A DNA stretch of 64,000 bases, from the NCBI GenBank assembly GCA_029261065.1, contig JAJDCB010000011.1, forward strand, positions 47,168 through 111,167. The letters are read 5' to 3'. The notes beneath the pieces are model-generated. The model was given only the letters and a program-made list of their open reading frames with translations. It searched no databases and was not told the DNA's origin. The stretch's first letter is position 1; each line of letters starts with the position of its first letter. Both the position numbers and the translations under genes were made by a program. Origin of the DNA: Candidatus Omnitrophota bacterium. GTDB lineage: Bacteria; Omnitrophota; Gorgyraeia; Zapsychrales; Zapsychraceae. Below, in pieces: positions 64,000 through 64,000 of this stretch.

Positions 64000-64000
64000 C

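Noticed and set aside
836-63716. Most short ORFs in the supplied track (e.g. 2015-2215, 41061-41420, 42771-43136, 45525-45878, 58941-59267 and all ten + strand frame-2 ORFs)
   Set aside because: Shadow ORFs of the giant frame: no family motifs or convincing SD/promoter seen, and their composition reflects antisense or shifted codons.
1-64000. Alternative genetic code (stop-codon reassignment) as the reason no long ORFs are listed
   Set aside because: Frame +1 shows no TAA/TAG/TGA where read, and the nested genes end at standard stops, so no recoding is needed.
1-64000. rRNA, tRNA, transposase or phage structural genes
   Set aside because: None recognised on either strand by eye; a covariance-model or HMM search was not possible.

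Overview
AT-rich bacterial DNA in which + strand frame 1 appears to have no stop codon from base 1 to the window end. That makes the whole 64 kb window part of one giant ORF (at least 21,333 codons, probably open at both ends). Two things support this. I translated frame +1 by hand in many regions, including all the antisense cassettes, and found no stop. The supplied ORF track lists no frame +1 ORF at all: its ten + ORFs are short frame +2 shadows. The protein is a string of unrelated modules: TPR, HTH, tandem LOG, six GHKL/HATPase domains, two ICMT-like domains, a WaaA-like GT, HExxH peptidases, CheD/CNF1-like deamidases, a pentein, SAM methyltransferases, ATP-grasp, Glu/Leu dehydrogenase, Mpv17, GNAT, HEAT repeats, a class A PBP, a NAGPA-like domain, tandem RNase III, a P-loop kinase and many TM segments. 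More than 50 Ser-Ser-Pro linkers with varied codons separate the modules, which suggests a processed polyprotein. Five small transcription units lie fully inside the ORF on the opposite strand: four type II toxin-antitoxin-like pairs and one small coiled-coil gene. Each has its own TTGACN-17nt-TAnnn(T/C) promoter, and none breaks the giant frame. RAPP/RGPP ribosome-arrest-like motifs and several in-frame DNA repeats, including a REP-like palindrome encoding an SSP linker, also punctuate the ORF. The architecture resembles giant genes reported from Omnitrophota, but that lineage is inferred, not shown. Domain calls come from motif recognition by eye and their boundaries are approximate.
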